Shown piece by piece: positions 1 to 9,394 of a stretch of 64,000 nucleotides of DNA. The DNA lies in sequence record NC_042081.1; one strand, given 5' to 3'. A model generated the notes under the pieces. That model searched no databases and had not been told where the DNA came from. It worked only from the letters and a program-made list of their open reading frames with translations. Position 1 is the stretch's first letter, and every line of letters starts with the position of its first letter. The translations under genes and the position numbers were made by a program.

Positions 1-1249
<1,249 letters not shown>

Positions 1250-1424
1250 TTAATCCTCATAATTAGAGCGCGATGGGTTTCCATCTATAAAATCAGTCTG
1301 TTCTAGTTGTGTTAAAATAAAAAGTCTGGTATTATGAGCTTTACGTAATACCCTTGTAACAGTCTATTGATAGAAATGCCAATACTGGCTTTTATGGGTA
1401 GGCATAGTACTAACAGAGGTCATC

Positions 1425-1715
1425 ATGCTCGGTTTGACTATTAAAGCCTTGCTCTTCGTTTGGCCATTCCTTAAAAGAGCTATCTTTGGTGATAGGACTA
1501 TTAAGGAAGTGTTGCTGGAAAACAAACATGTCACGGCGATGTTAATCCTAGTCGTAATATTACTAGGTACCTTATTCATAGTGACTAGTGAGTTGAAGTC
1601 AGTTAAAGCAAGCAACTGGGCCGTTAAAGCCGAAATGGATCGACTCAAGAAAATGACGCCTGAGAAGGCTGAAATGCTTGAGCGCCGCCGTCGTTTAAAT
1701 GACTTGCTAAAGTAA
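1425..1715 (+). CDS. Small membrane protein with TM helix and basic C-terminal coiled coil (i-spanin-like or holin-like)
   Basis: GAGG RBS; hydrophobic VTAMLILVVILLGTLFIVT followed by a charged helical tail. Confidence 0.7.
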   Translation: MLGLTIKALLFVWPFLKRAIFGDRTIKEVLLENKHVTAMLILVVILLGTLFIVTSELKSVKASNWAVKAEMDRLKKMTPEKAEMLERRRRLNDLLK

Positions 1716-1735
1716 GTACCAAATTGGTGGATCAC

Positions 1736-2137
1736 ATGTCAAGAAAGTTCTTTCTAATACTCCTACCACTTATCAGTGGCTGTGTTTATACGCCACATGA
1801 GTACCACACGCACAACACGACTGTGGTCCAATATGAGCACTCCTCTTCTACAGATGATCATACATCTGTTGTTACAACTAAAGAAGAGGTAATACAAAAA
1901 GTTCTGCCTACACCTAAAAAATATAGTAAGGATACTAGTAAGAAGTGTATGGTTTTCGAACTACCAAGAAAGAAACCGGTACCGCCAACACCGATTATTA
2001 CAGAGTTTATAGAAACTCCGGAACAAATCGATATCTTGTTGACTGACTATATAAAAGAATTAAAGTCACATATTGTATCTGAGCGCGCTAAAATTGAGCA
2101 AGCATATGAAGAATGGCGTGTAAAGTGTGATGAGTAA
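1736..2137 (+). CDS. Lipoprotein (gp156 position), o-spanin-like
   Basis: ATG 1736 after GGTGG; MSRKFFLILLPLISG-C is a signal peptide II lipobox; Pro-rich segment and C-terminal helix ending near Cys. Confidence 0.75.
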   Translation: MSRKFFLILLPLISGCVYTPHEYHTHNTTVVQYEHSSSTDDHTSVVTTKEEVIQKVLPTPKKYSKDTSKKCMVFELPRKKPVPPTPIITEFIETPEQIDILLTDYIKELKSHIVSERAKIEQAYEEWRVKCDE

Positions 2138-2192
2138 TTTACTTGCTAGAATTATTATCTAGTTTAGTAATCGATCACATGAGGAAACAATA

Positions 2193-3641
2193 ATGTCAGA
2201 CGGTATGGTTTTATACACTGACGGATCATTCCGACAGGGTAAAGCTGGTTGGGGTATTCATGGTTATACCTATGAAAATGTTGCAATGAAATCTAAAGCA
2301 GCCACCAAACAGCAACCAACAGCTAAGGGATACTTAGATGTAGGTGCAGATGAGACATGCACTGTTTTAAATTATATTGATGCATTTGGTAGTGTAACTA
2401 ATAACCCTACTAATAATACAGGTGAGCTAACCGCTGCAATTGAGGCTTTCAAAATAGCCCATGAAGCAGATGCACCTAGACTAACGATGCTCATGGATAG
2501 TGAATACGTTAGAAAAGGTATGACCGCATATTTACCCAAATGGATTAAGTCCAATTGGATTAAATCAGACGGTACACCGGTAGCAAACCAGGACCTATGG
2601 AAACAGATGGTCGAACTAAAAGCTAAATGGGAAGAAACTAATAAACCATTAAGCATCCAATGGGTCCGCGGTCATAACGGAGACATTGGTAATGAAAAAG
2701 CTGATGCTAATGCTAAGCTTGGTTCGGGACAGAATAATGATAAGCCAGTGATGGTTTCGGTTAAAGGCGAAGAAATTAACAAACTTAAAAAACAAGTTGT
2801 TAATCCACTTATCCTCGAAAGTAGGTTACTCTTCGCCATTAACTCTGGAGAAGAACCAGATGGGTTCTATTACACCTATAATTTAGGTCGTATGCATAAC
2901 TATGGTCATAAACCAAAAGACACTGCTAAAGATAAACTAGCTAAAGCTGATTTAATTTTAGGGCGTCGTATCTCTGAAGCAACCTTCAGTGTATATAAGG
3001 CAAATGAGCCAGATGAGTATCTCCAGTTACTAATTAATATGCATACAGAAGCACTGGGTACTGAAAATCCAGAACTGGGTATCATCAATTTGGCAAACGC
3101 ATATCGTGCAACCATTCGACAGAAAATTGAATCCATGGGACTACCTGCTCTAGTCGTATGGAAAGATATCAATGTTTTGTCGACGCCAACAGATGAACTC
3201 ATTAGTCGGACTCTTAATCCACCACGTATGGCAAATGATGCTGTAGCTACATTTAATGTTATGCGCAGTCGTCTTGAAGATTACTTGGCTGGTAAACTTG
3301 GAGAGTCGGTTGGTATTATTGATATTACCGAGCACTTCTTCGAGGAAGTCGCAAAGGGTAAGAAAGTTGGCTATCAACTACTTAAGACGATTACATCTAA
3401 TACAGGCTTTGTAGAAGTTCCGATCACATTTAAAGATCGTAAGATAAAATTAAAGCTTGTATTAAATATCGATATTCCAAGTAGAAACCAATTAGCTCGT
3501 ATCGGAGCTAATAAAGTTAAAATGGAAATTCTTGTAGTAGCTGAAGGTCCATATTCTTATTCATATTCAATTGTGTTTGTGACGGATGATGGCTCAGCTA
3601 TCTATCAATCACCCTATACACAATTTATTCTCCCAAAATAG
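2193..3641 (+). CDS. rnhA: RNase HI with long C-terminal extension (gp155)
   Basis: LYTDGS, NNTGELTAAIEA, MDSEY, NQDLW, WVRGHNGDIGNEKADANA RNase H motifs; GAGG RBS. Confidence 0.95.
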   Translation: MSDGMVLYTDGSFRQGKAGWGIHGYTYENVAMKSKAATKQQPTAKGYLDVGADETCTVLNYIDAFGSVTNNPTNNTGELTAAIEAFKIAHEADAPRLTMLMDSEYVRKGMTAYLPKWIKSNWIKSDGTPVANQDLWKQMVELKAKWEETNKPLSIQWVRGHNGDIGNEKADANAKLGSGQNNDKPVMVSVKGEEINKLKKQVVNPLILESRLLFAINSGEEPDGFYYTYNLGRMHNYGHKPKDTAKDKLAKADLILGRRISEATFSVYKANEPDEYLQLLINMHTEALGTENPELGIINLANAYRATIRQKIESMGLPALVVWKDINVLSTPTDELISRTLNPPRMANDAVATFNVMRSRLEDYLAGKLGESVGIIDITEHFFEEVAKGKKVGYQLLKTITSNTGFVEVPITFKDRKIKLKLVLNIDIPSRNQLARIGANKVKMEILVVAEGPYSYSYSIVFVTDDGSAIYQSPYTQFILPK

Positions 3642-3651
3642 TGGGTATTCC

Positions 3652-4071
3652 ATGAACCTTATTAGCAGATTCAAAAAGTCGGTTAAGAATGGTTTCAGGG
3701 CAATTTGGATTAAGCTCTGGGACTATGCTGATCCCGAACTAAAGCGGATGTGCGTCATGGCGTCACTGTACTCCGTTATAGTACAGTGTAAGACAAATGA
3801 GTGTGAAAAGATCTCTCATTTGAATTCTAACATGAAACTAGTACGCGATGAAGCTGCCTTACGACTCCCTATTCATTATGGGCCGTACGTATGGAAAGGC
3901 GTGATAGCAATCGATAAGATTGATAAAGCAGATCTAACCACTGATCAATTTTTCATGAGGCTTATTCGTAAGACTCCGTGTTGGATGAAATATGCTGATG
4001 ATGCAACTTTTTTAAAGGATTTGAAAACCCTCTTTAAATTAAGTTTACATGAGAAGTGTATTCCAAATTGA
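3652..4071 (+). CDS. Hypothetical protein (gp154 position)
   Basis: ORF between rnhA and a terminator; start moved to MNLISRF to avoid overlap. Confidence 0.7.
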   Translation: MNLISRFKKSVKNGFRAIWIKLWDYADPELKRMCVMASLYSVIVQCKTNECEKISHLNSNMKLVRDEAALRLPIHYGPYVWKGVIAIDKIDKADLTTDQFFMRLIRKTPCWMKYADDATFLKDLKTLFKLSLHEKCIPN

Positions 4072-4080
4072 TTGGTACGA

Positions 4081-4114
4081 CATAATGCCCTCTCCTTTTG
4101 GGAGAGGGCTTATG
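4081..4114. terminator. Bidirectional hairpin terminator between convergent genes
   Basis: gccctctcc-ttttg-ggagagggc flanked by cataat and ttatg. Confidence 0.85.
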
Positions 4115-4117
4115 CTG

Positions 4118-5032
4118 TTATCCAATGATTTCACGAAGAATATCTTCAGTGGCTTTCATTGTGTTCGCAGTCTCAACAATCTTAGTAAAGAGTGTTGAAT
4201 AACGTTCAACATGGTCTGCTGCCCATGTAACCCCTTCAATTAATGTCTGTAACAGCTCTGGAGAGGTGTCAGAGTTACTATCCTTAACATCCTCCATAAA
4301 GCTATCAATTAATTGACTAAGCGCTTCTGAAGCACGTTTTACATCATTTGGACGAACCCGTGATAAAATGCTACGAATATCGTTCATTTTCTTTGTTGCA
4401 TCAACAAATGAATTTAATGATGGGTAAAGCTTACCAAACTCAGCTGTACTTGACCGGTTGTCACTGTCATAGAAGGAAGCATCTTTAGCAAGGTCATTAA
4501 TCGATGCCATTGCAAATGAATTAGCAAAGCCACGCTTATCCATTCGATCAACACGCTGTTGTAGGTAATACCCAAGTTGTGCTTTAACCGGGTCTAATAC
4601 TGCTGGAATAATAGTGGCCATTTCCTTAGCTTCTGTTAATAGATAATCAACATAGTCTGGAATCTCACCATTAAAACCAACTGGTTGTGGCACGATTGTA
4701 TTTGTTACTTCTAAATAATCAATGTGTGAAACCAAATGGCGCATCTGCGCTGGATGGAACTCAGGAATAATTTGATTACTCCAGTTAGTCATTGACGTAA
4801 ATGCATTACGAGCAGCGATAGCAAAATTAGCGCCGCGTTTATTGATAATGTTAATAGCGTTTGTTGCGAAATTAGCTTCTTGAGAAATAGTCTCAGTAAC
4901 ATCTACAAGCTGTTGCTTTGGATCAACTTGTACTAAACTAATATCATCATTAACAATATTGTCAGATTCAATTAGATCCTGACAATCATTTTCTAGTGAA
5001 ATACTTTTAGCGTATTTATGGATGTTAAACAT
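4118..5032 (-). CDS. Internal head protein (gp153-like)
   Basis: 304 aa; N-terminal SLE-N matches the S/A/G-x-E site of the phiKZ prohead protease gp175; gene order. Confidence 0.7.
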   Translation of the reverse strand: MFNIHKYAKSISLENDCQDLIESDNIVNDDISLVQVDPKQQLVDVTETISQEANFATNAINIINKRGANFAIAARNAFTSMTNWSNQIIPEFHPAQMRHLVSHIDYLEVTNTIVPQPVGFNGEIPDYVDYLLTEAKEMATIIPAVLDPVKAQLGYYLQQRVDRMDKRGFANSFAMASINDLAKDASFYDSDNRSSTAEFGKLYPSLNSFVDATKKMNDIRSILSRVRPNDVKRASEALSQLIDSFMEDVKDSNSDTSPELLQTLIEGVTWAADHVERYSTLFTKIVETANTMKATEDILREIIG

Positions 5033-5074
5033 GTCTTAATTTCCTTGCGCAAGGATTGTTGAATATGTAGACAT

Positions 5075-5082
5075 AAAATTAC
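5075..5082 (+). promoter_or_regulatory. Putative middle promoter (AAAATTAC)
   Basis: Matches the phiKZ middle consensus AAanntTAC, upstream of RecA; same 8-mer upstream of DnaB. Confidence 0.5.
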
Positions 5083-5128
5083 TCTCCAAATCAATTAATT
5101 GACTGTTTAACTTAAAAATGGAGTCAAC

Positions 5129-6568
5129 ATGTTTGGTAAACATTTCGAACGTCCAGCTTTCCGACCTGCTCTTAATATCGGATGCCTTATGGACATTTCA
5201 ACTGGTAAGTATGAACAAGGTAAGCATGGTGAAATGATCCTAAATGGCGGTATGGGATCACTAACTGGTATTGCTTCACGACCTAACAATTTTAAAACTG
5301 CATTAGGTATCTACCTTATGGCAATGATGCGCCGTGCTTTCCCCGGTGCACATGCAATGACTTATGATACAGAAGGTACATTAAACCCAGGTGCTCGATT
5401 TACATCTTTAGCACAAGCTTATCCTGAGCTAGCTGCTATTGATTGGGAAAATGATGAGCAATACATGTTTACTGACTTATCTCGTTATACTGGGGATGAG
5501 TGGTTCAAAATCTTCCGAGATGCATTATCTGAAAAAGAGAAAGCTGAAAAAGATTATCTACGCACTACCCCATTTCTTGATGTGAATGGTAATAATAAGA
5601 AAGCACTGTACCCAACTGGTGGGTTCATTGATAGTTTCTCAAAGTTCATTGTCTCAGCTGTGTCTGAAATGTATGCTAAAAATGCTATCGGTGATTCTAA
5701 AGTAAACACTGATGCAATGACTAATGGTAAAGCCAAGAATCAGTTATTTAACCAACTGCCGCAGATCTGTGCTAAAACCAGTACATACATGATTCTCACT
5801 GCACACGTTGGAGATATTATTCAAATTGAGATGTACCCTACTGATAAACGTAATCTATCGCATATGAAGAAGGATACGGTTCTTAAAGGGGTATCAGGTG
5901 GTTTCTACTCTCTGCCGAATAATGTGTTTTCTATTGAATCTAATAAACCGTTAGTCAATAAAGAAAAAATGCCTTTATATCCAATTGACAATTCAACTGC
6001 TATTGAAGGCGATACAGATCTACGTATTCTAGAAGTTATTAACTTACGTGGTAAAGGTGGAATTACTGGTCTACCATTCCATCTCATTGTTTCACAGACT
6101 GAAGGTATTCTTCCATCACTATCGGAATTCCATTATTGCCGTGAAAATGATTGGGGGATTGGTGGTAATAACATTAACTACTTCGTTGAGCTATGTCCTG
6201 ATATCAAACTAAGCCGAACCACTGTTCGTAAGAAATTGATGGATAACCCTGCTCTACAACGAGCTGTTGAAATCCAATCTGAAATGCTACAATTAATTCA
6301 ATTCCAACGTTGGAATCTTGGAGATTATGTAGTAACTCCAGCTGAACTGTATGCTGATCTTAAAGTAATGGGTTATGATTGGGATATCATTCTTAATAAT
6401 ACTCGTGGCTATTGGATGTTCGAAGAAGACGAACAGTTTAGTGATAAAAAATTCCTATCAACGTATGACCTACTACGCATGCGTAAAAGTGAATATAAAC
6501 CATACTGGATGACTGACGAAGAAAAAGCTAAAATTGTACCTCTTGAACTAGCTAAAGCAAAAGCTTAA
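5129..6568 (+). CDS. recA: RecA/UvsX-like recombinase (gp152)
   Basis: Divergent Walker A SRPNNFKT, YDTE, Walker B FIDS, ILTAH; GGAG RBS; gene order. Confidence 0.9.
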   Translation: MFGKHFERPAFRPALNIGCLMDISTGKYEQGKHGEMILNGGMGSLTGIASRPNNFKTALGIYLMAMMRRAFPGAHAMTYDTEGTLNPGARFTSLAQAYPELAAIDWENDEQYMFTDLSRYTGDEWFKIFRDALSEKEKAEKDYLRTTPFLDVNGNNKKALYPTGGFIDSFSKFIVSAVSEMYAKNAIGDSKVNTDAMTNGKAKNQLFNQLPQICAKTSTYMILTAHVGDIIQIEMYPTDKRNLSHMKKDTVLKGVSGGFYSLPNNVFSIESNKPLVNKEKMPLYPIDNSTAIEGDTDLRILEVINLRGKGGITGLPFHLIVSQTEGILPSLSEFHYCRENDWGIGGNNINYFVELCPDIKLSRTTVRKKLMDNPALQRAVEIQSEMLQLIQFQRWNLGDYVVTPAELYADLKVMGYDWDIILNNTRGYWMFEEDEQFSDKKFLSTYDLLRMRKSEYKPYWMTDEEKAKIVPLELAKAKA

Positions 6569-6599
6569 TGTTAGTATAGATGTTATCGCCAGTTTTAAA

Positions 6600-6630
6600 A
6601 TAACTAGGGGTCAATAAGATCCCTAGTTAT
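6600..6630 (+). terminator. Hairpin after recA
   Basis: ataactaggg / ccctagttat 10-bp stem. Confidence 0.65.
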
Positions 6631-6644
6631 GTCAGGTTTGATAT

Positions 6645-6995
6645 ATGAATGTTTACACTTATCAGATAGCTAAATATAAGTTAGTTATAGAGAAAGGAAT
6701 AAAACCGCTAGACATAACTGTTAAATCAGGTGCATATCAACTCGCGCCTACGTGGTTAATGGTTATGGGACATAAGAAAGGAATTATATCAAGTGATGAA
6801 TACACTGAAGCATATCTCAGTATATTAGAGCAATCATTGATTGATAATCCAGAATTCTTTAAATGGTTCTTCCAATTAGAGGAAGTAGCATTAGGTTGTT
6901 ATTGTCGCGCTGGTAATTTCTGTCACCGGCATTTATTAGTAGAATGGCTTGAAACAAAAACAGAGGTCATTTACTGTGGTGAGATATCAAAGTAA
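6645..6995 (+). CDS. DUF488-like protein
   Basis: LAPTW and VALGCYCRAGNFCHRHLLVEWL resemble the DUF488 L-x-C...CHR motif. Confidence 0.6.
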   Translation: MNVYTYQIAKYKLVIEKGIKPLDITVKSGAYQLAPTWLMVMGHKKGIISSDEYTEAYLSILEQSLIDNPEFFKWFFQLEEVALGCYCRAGNFCHRHLLVEWLETKTEVIYCGEISK

Positions 6996-7018
6996 AATAA
7001 AGACCCTAAGGAACTATA

Positions 7019-7339
7019 ATGAAAACTACAGAAGATTATCGTTTAACACTTTGTCAACGTCTACGAATGTTTGATGTTGAACTATCAGAAGATCTATTAC
7101 GTCGATTACCAGTGTGTACAGACGTACCCACTTTATCAGCTTGCTTTCAGCAACTATTAGCTCAATACCCTAGTCAGACATTGACAGCTAGAACCACCAT
7201 TGATGATTCAGTCACCTTTGAAGTATGGTATGCTAATTTTCTAGCCAATATATTACCAATTCTTAAGAGGCATAGGTTACCACCATGTACTGACCAGAAT
7301 TCAATACCTGTCTATCAAGGGGTATCTCGCTCAAGCTAA
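7019..7339 (+). CDS. Hypothetical protein (gp150 position)
   Basis: AAGGA RBS, 106 aa. Confidence 0.75.
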   Translation: MKTTEDYRLTLCQRLRMFDVELSEDLLRRLPVCTDVPTLSACFQQLLAQYPSQTLTARTTIDDSVTFEVWYANFLANILPILKRHRLPPCTDQNSIPVYQGVSRSS

Positions 7340-7371
7340 TGGTATGTTAAACAACCTTAGAGGAAATTACC

Positions 7372-8046
7372 ATGACTAAACGAGAATTGGTAGAAAAAGA
7401 ATGCCTATGGATTATTGACATGTTTCTACCTGGTAGTAGTAATGTTGATATCTATAAAGAAATGTTTGCACGAATGAATGATGAGGAATTTGAGGAGTGG
7501 ATTAATAAGTTAGATTCTGGTGAAGAGATGTTGGCATTATATGCTCCTAACTTATGCACTAAGCCTAAATTAACTATTAAGCAAAATTATAAAGTTGCTA
7601 AAGCGATTGGTCATAATTTATTCCAACACATCATTTTAACTGATCCAGGTACTGGCCAGGTATATCGAACTGCTAATAAACATTTAGTTGGTTTAATACC
7701 AATTCGTCGTCAAGTACAAATGCTTGAGAAAAAGAAAAGTATTCCAGGTTCTAGTCATGTGATTGACCAGAGGTCAGGGCAAGTAACTGGTGATTCTAAA
7801 GGATCACGTATGTCTGCACCAGAGATTCAGGTTAACGCTTCAAAAGGTCTCCGTTATTCCATGATTGAATTCATGAAACTACGTGGTGGTGACCAGAAAG
7901 CATATAATGCAATGAACCGCTCTATTATCGAAACTGGTAGTGCTTCTGTTGATTCCATCATGTCTACTTATGATACTACTGTGCAATCTAATAAAACATT
8001 TGCATGTTATCTAAAAGGCATGATGTTACAAAATAACTTGGTGTAA
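7372..8046 (+). CDS. gp149: Virion RNA polymerase, C-terminal fragment of split beta subunit
   Basis: GDSKGSRMSAPEIQV aligns with the beta GQRFGEME region, plus LRGGD; gene order. Confidence 0.85.
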   Translation: MTKRELVEKECLWIIDMFLPGSSNVDIYKEMFARMNDEEFEEWINKLDSGEEMLALYAPNLCTKPKLTIKQNYKVAKAIGHNLFQHIILTDPGTGQVYRTANKHLVGLIPIRRQVQMLEKKKSIPGSSHVIDQRSGQVTGDSKGSRMSAPEIQVNASKGLRYSMIEFMKLRGGDQKAYNAMNRSIIETGSASVDSIMSTYDTTVQSNKTFACYLKGMMLQNNLV

Positions 8047-8048
8047 CT

Positions 8049-8555
8049 ATGAATAATCGCCAGATTTACGAAGATATGTGTGAAGCTTTAATTGTATCTA
8101 ATACTGAGTTAGTAAATGGATACAGTGCTGAAATCATTGCGGATATTTTGGATTTACTAAATAACTGGAGTACTAATACCCATTGGTATCACATTGCTGA
8201 TAAAACAGTTATTAGGGATATCTGGAATTTATTCCGTAACAAAGGTAATCGTCTTCAACCCATCTTAAGTTTAGTTAGTCGATTTAAGATGGCTGTTACT
8301 GATTGGGATGGTGTGGTGGAATTACTAGCTAATTCTATTTATCCTTATCAACCTAATTCAACTATTGTTGACCAAGAGATGTTAGCGCGATTAATTCCAC
8401 GAAAAGAATTAACTGACATTTTATACCAAAATGATTGGTTAGTTTGGATTATTTGTCAATGTTTAAATATCCGTTATATTACTAATCTAGTTGAATCTAT
8501 CCCAGTTCAAGCTAAGCCATCTAAAAAGAAGGCGGTAAATAATAATGTTTCGTAA
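8049..8555 (+). CDS. Hypothetical protein (gp148 position)
   Basis: 168 aa, tightly packed in operon. Confidence 0.75.
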   Translation: MNNRQIYEDMCEALIVSNTELVNGYSAEIIADILDLLNNWSTNTHWYHIADKTVIRDIWNLFRNKGNRLQPILSLVSRFKMAVTDWDGVVELLANSIYPYQPNSTIVDQEMLARLIPRKELTDILYQNDWLVWIICQCLNIRYITNLVESIPVQAKPSKKKAVNNNVS

Positions 8556-9261
8556 AATCTTAATTGATCTTGATTCACTATTAGATACACGGTTAGGGAC
8601 CATTAGGTTACTAAATAAAGATGCGGCTAATAAGCTTGTTACCAATGGTCAAGTTTATTGGCATAGGGAAATGGATGATTGGACTAAACTAACAGATGGT
8701 TTAGTAACTAATGAACAATTTGTCGAAGCTTATTCTAAACGTGGTGGTGAAAATACTGCTGACACTATCAATAGTTCTATATTCACTGGTATCATTCCAT
8801 TTATTATTCAATTAATAGCCCAATCAGATTTGAATAGATTAGATGGTATAGTTAATGCTAATTTTGAAACATGTCTTGAAGTCAATATCTGGCCATATGA
8901 ATTGACACCAGATGCTCAAGATGAATTACTATACTGCTTACATAAGTACATTGGTGATCATATTCAGATCACCCTGATTAATACTCCATTAACAGACCTT
9001 ACTTGTTCTAGATTAAACTCTATCTATTCAATGGCGATTATGTATAATTTTGGAGAATGGTGTAAAACCCATGTTCTTGAATTAGGACAAGTGTTGATGC
9101 CTGACTTTACTATTATTGGTCCAAAACTATTTGAGAAAGATGTAAGTGAATTAGCTGTTGAAGATAAACAGTTTATTATCATGGATTTCCAGTTAAAGCA
9201 TAAACTTAATATCGACTTTGATTTCATCGATGCTGAATACTTTTCCATGTTTAAGCCATGA
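8545..9261 (+). CDS. HAD-like fold protein (gp147 position)
   Basis: N-terminal ILIDLDSLL resembles HAD motif I (DxD); other motifs not verified. Confidence 0.5.
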   Translation: MFRKILIDLDSLLDTRLGTIRLLNKDAANKLVTNGQVYWHREMDDWTKLTDGLVTNEQFVEAYSKRGGENTADTINSSIFTGIIPFIIQLIAQSDLNRLDGIVNANFETCLEVNIWPYELTPDAQDELLYCLHKYIGDHIQITLINTPLTDLTCSRLNSIYSMAIMYNFGEWCKTHVLELGQVLMPDFTIIGPKLFEKDVSELAVEDKQFIIMDFQLKHKLNIDFDFIDAEYFSMFKP

Positions 9262-9270
9262 TACCCAATA

Positions 9271-9291
9271 GAAAGCCCTAATAGGGCTTTC
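9271..9291 (+). terminator. Intrinsic terminator
   Basis: gaaagcccta-a-tagggctttc then tatgcttttttt. Confidence 0.75.
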
Positions 9292-9363
9292 TATGCTTTT
9301 TTTTAGATATAACTGGTACGATGGTATGGTTAATAATGAATCAATCTTAAAAGACAAAATAAA

Positions 9364-9383
9364 GCCCTCCCCGAAGGGAGGGC
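9364..9383 (-). terminator. Intrinsic terminator of the fibre operon
   Basis: gccctccc-cgaa-gggagggc (UUCG loop on minus strand) followed by TTTATTTT. Confidence 0.85.
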
Positions 9384-9394
9384 AATATGTCATT

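Noticed and set aside
1364-1735. 123-aa minus-strand ORF
   Set aside because: Antisense to a plus-strand gene with RBS and TM helix that fits the operon.
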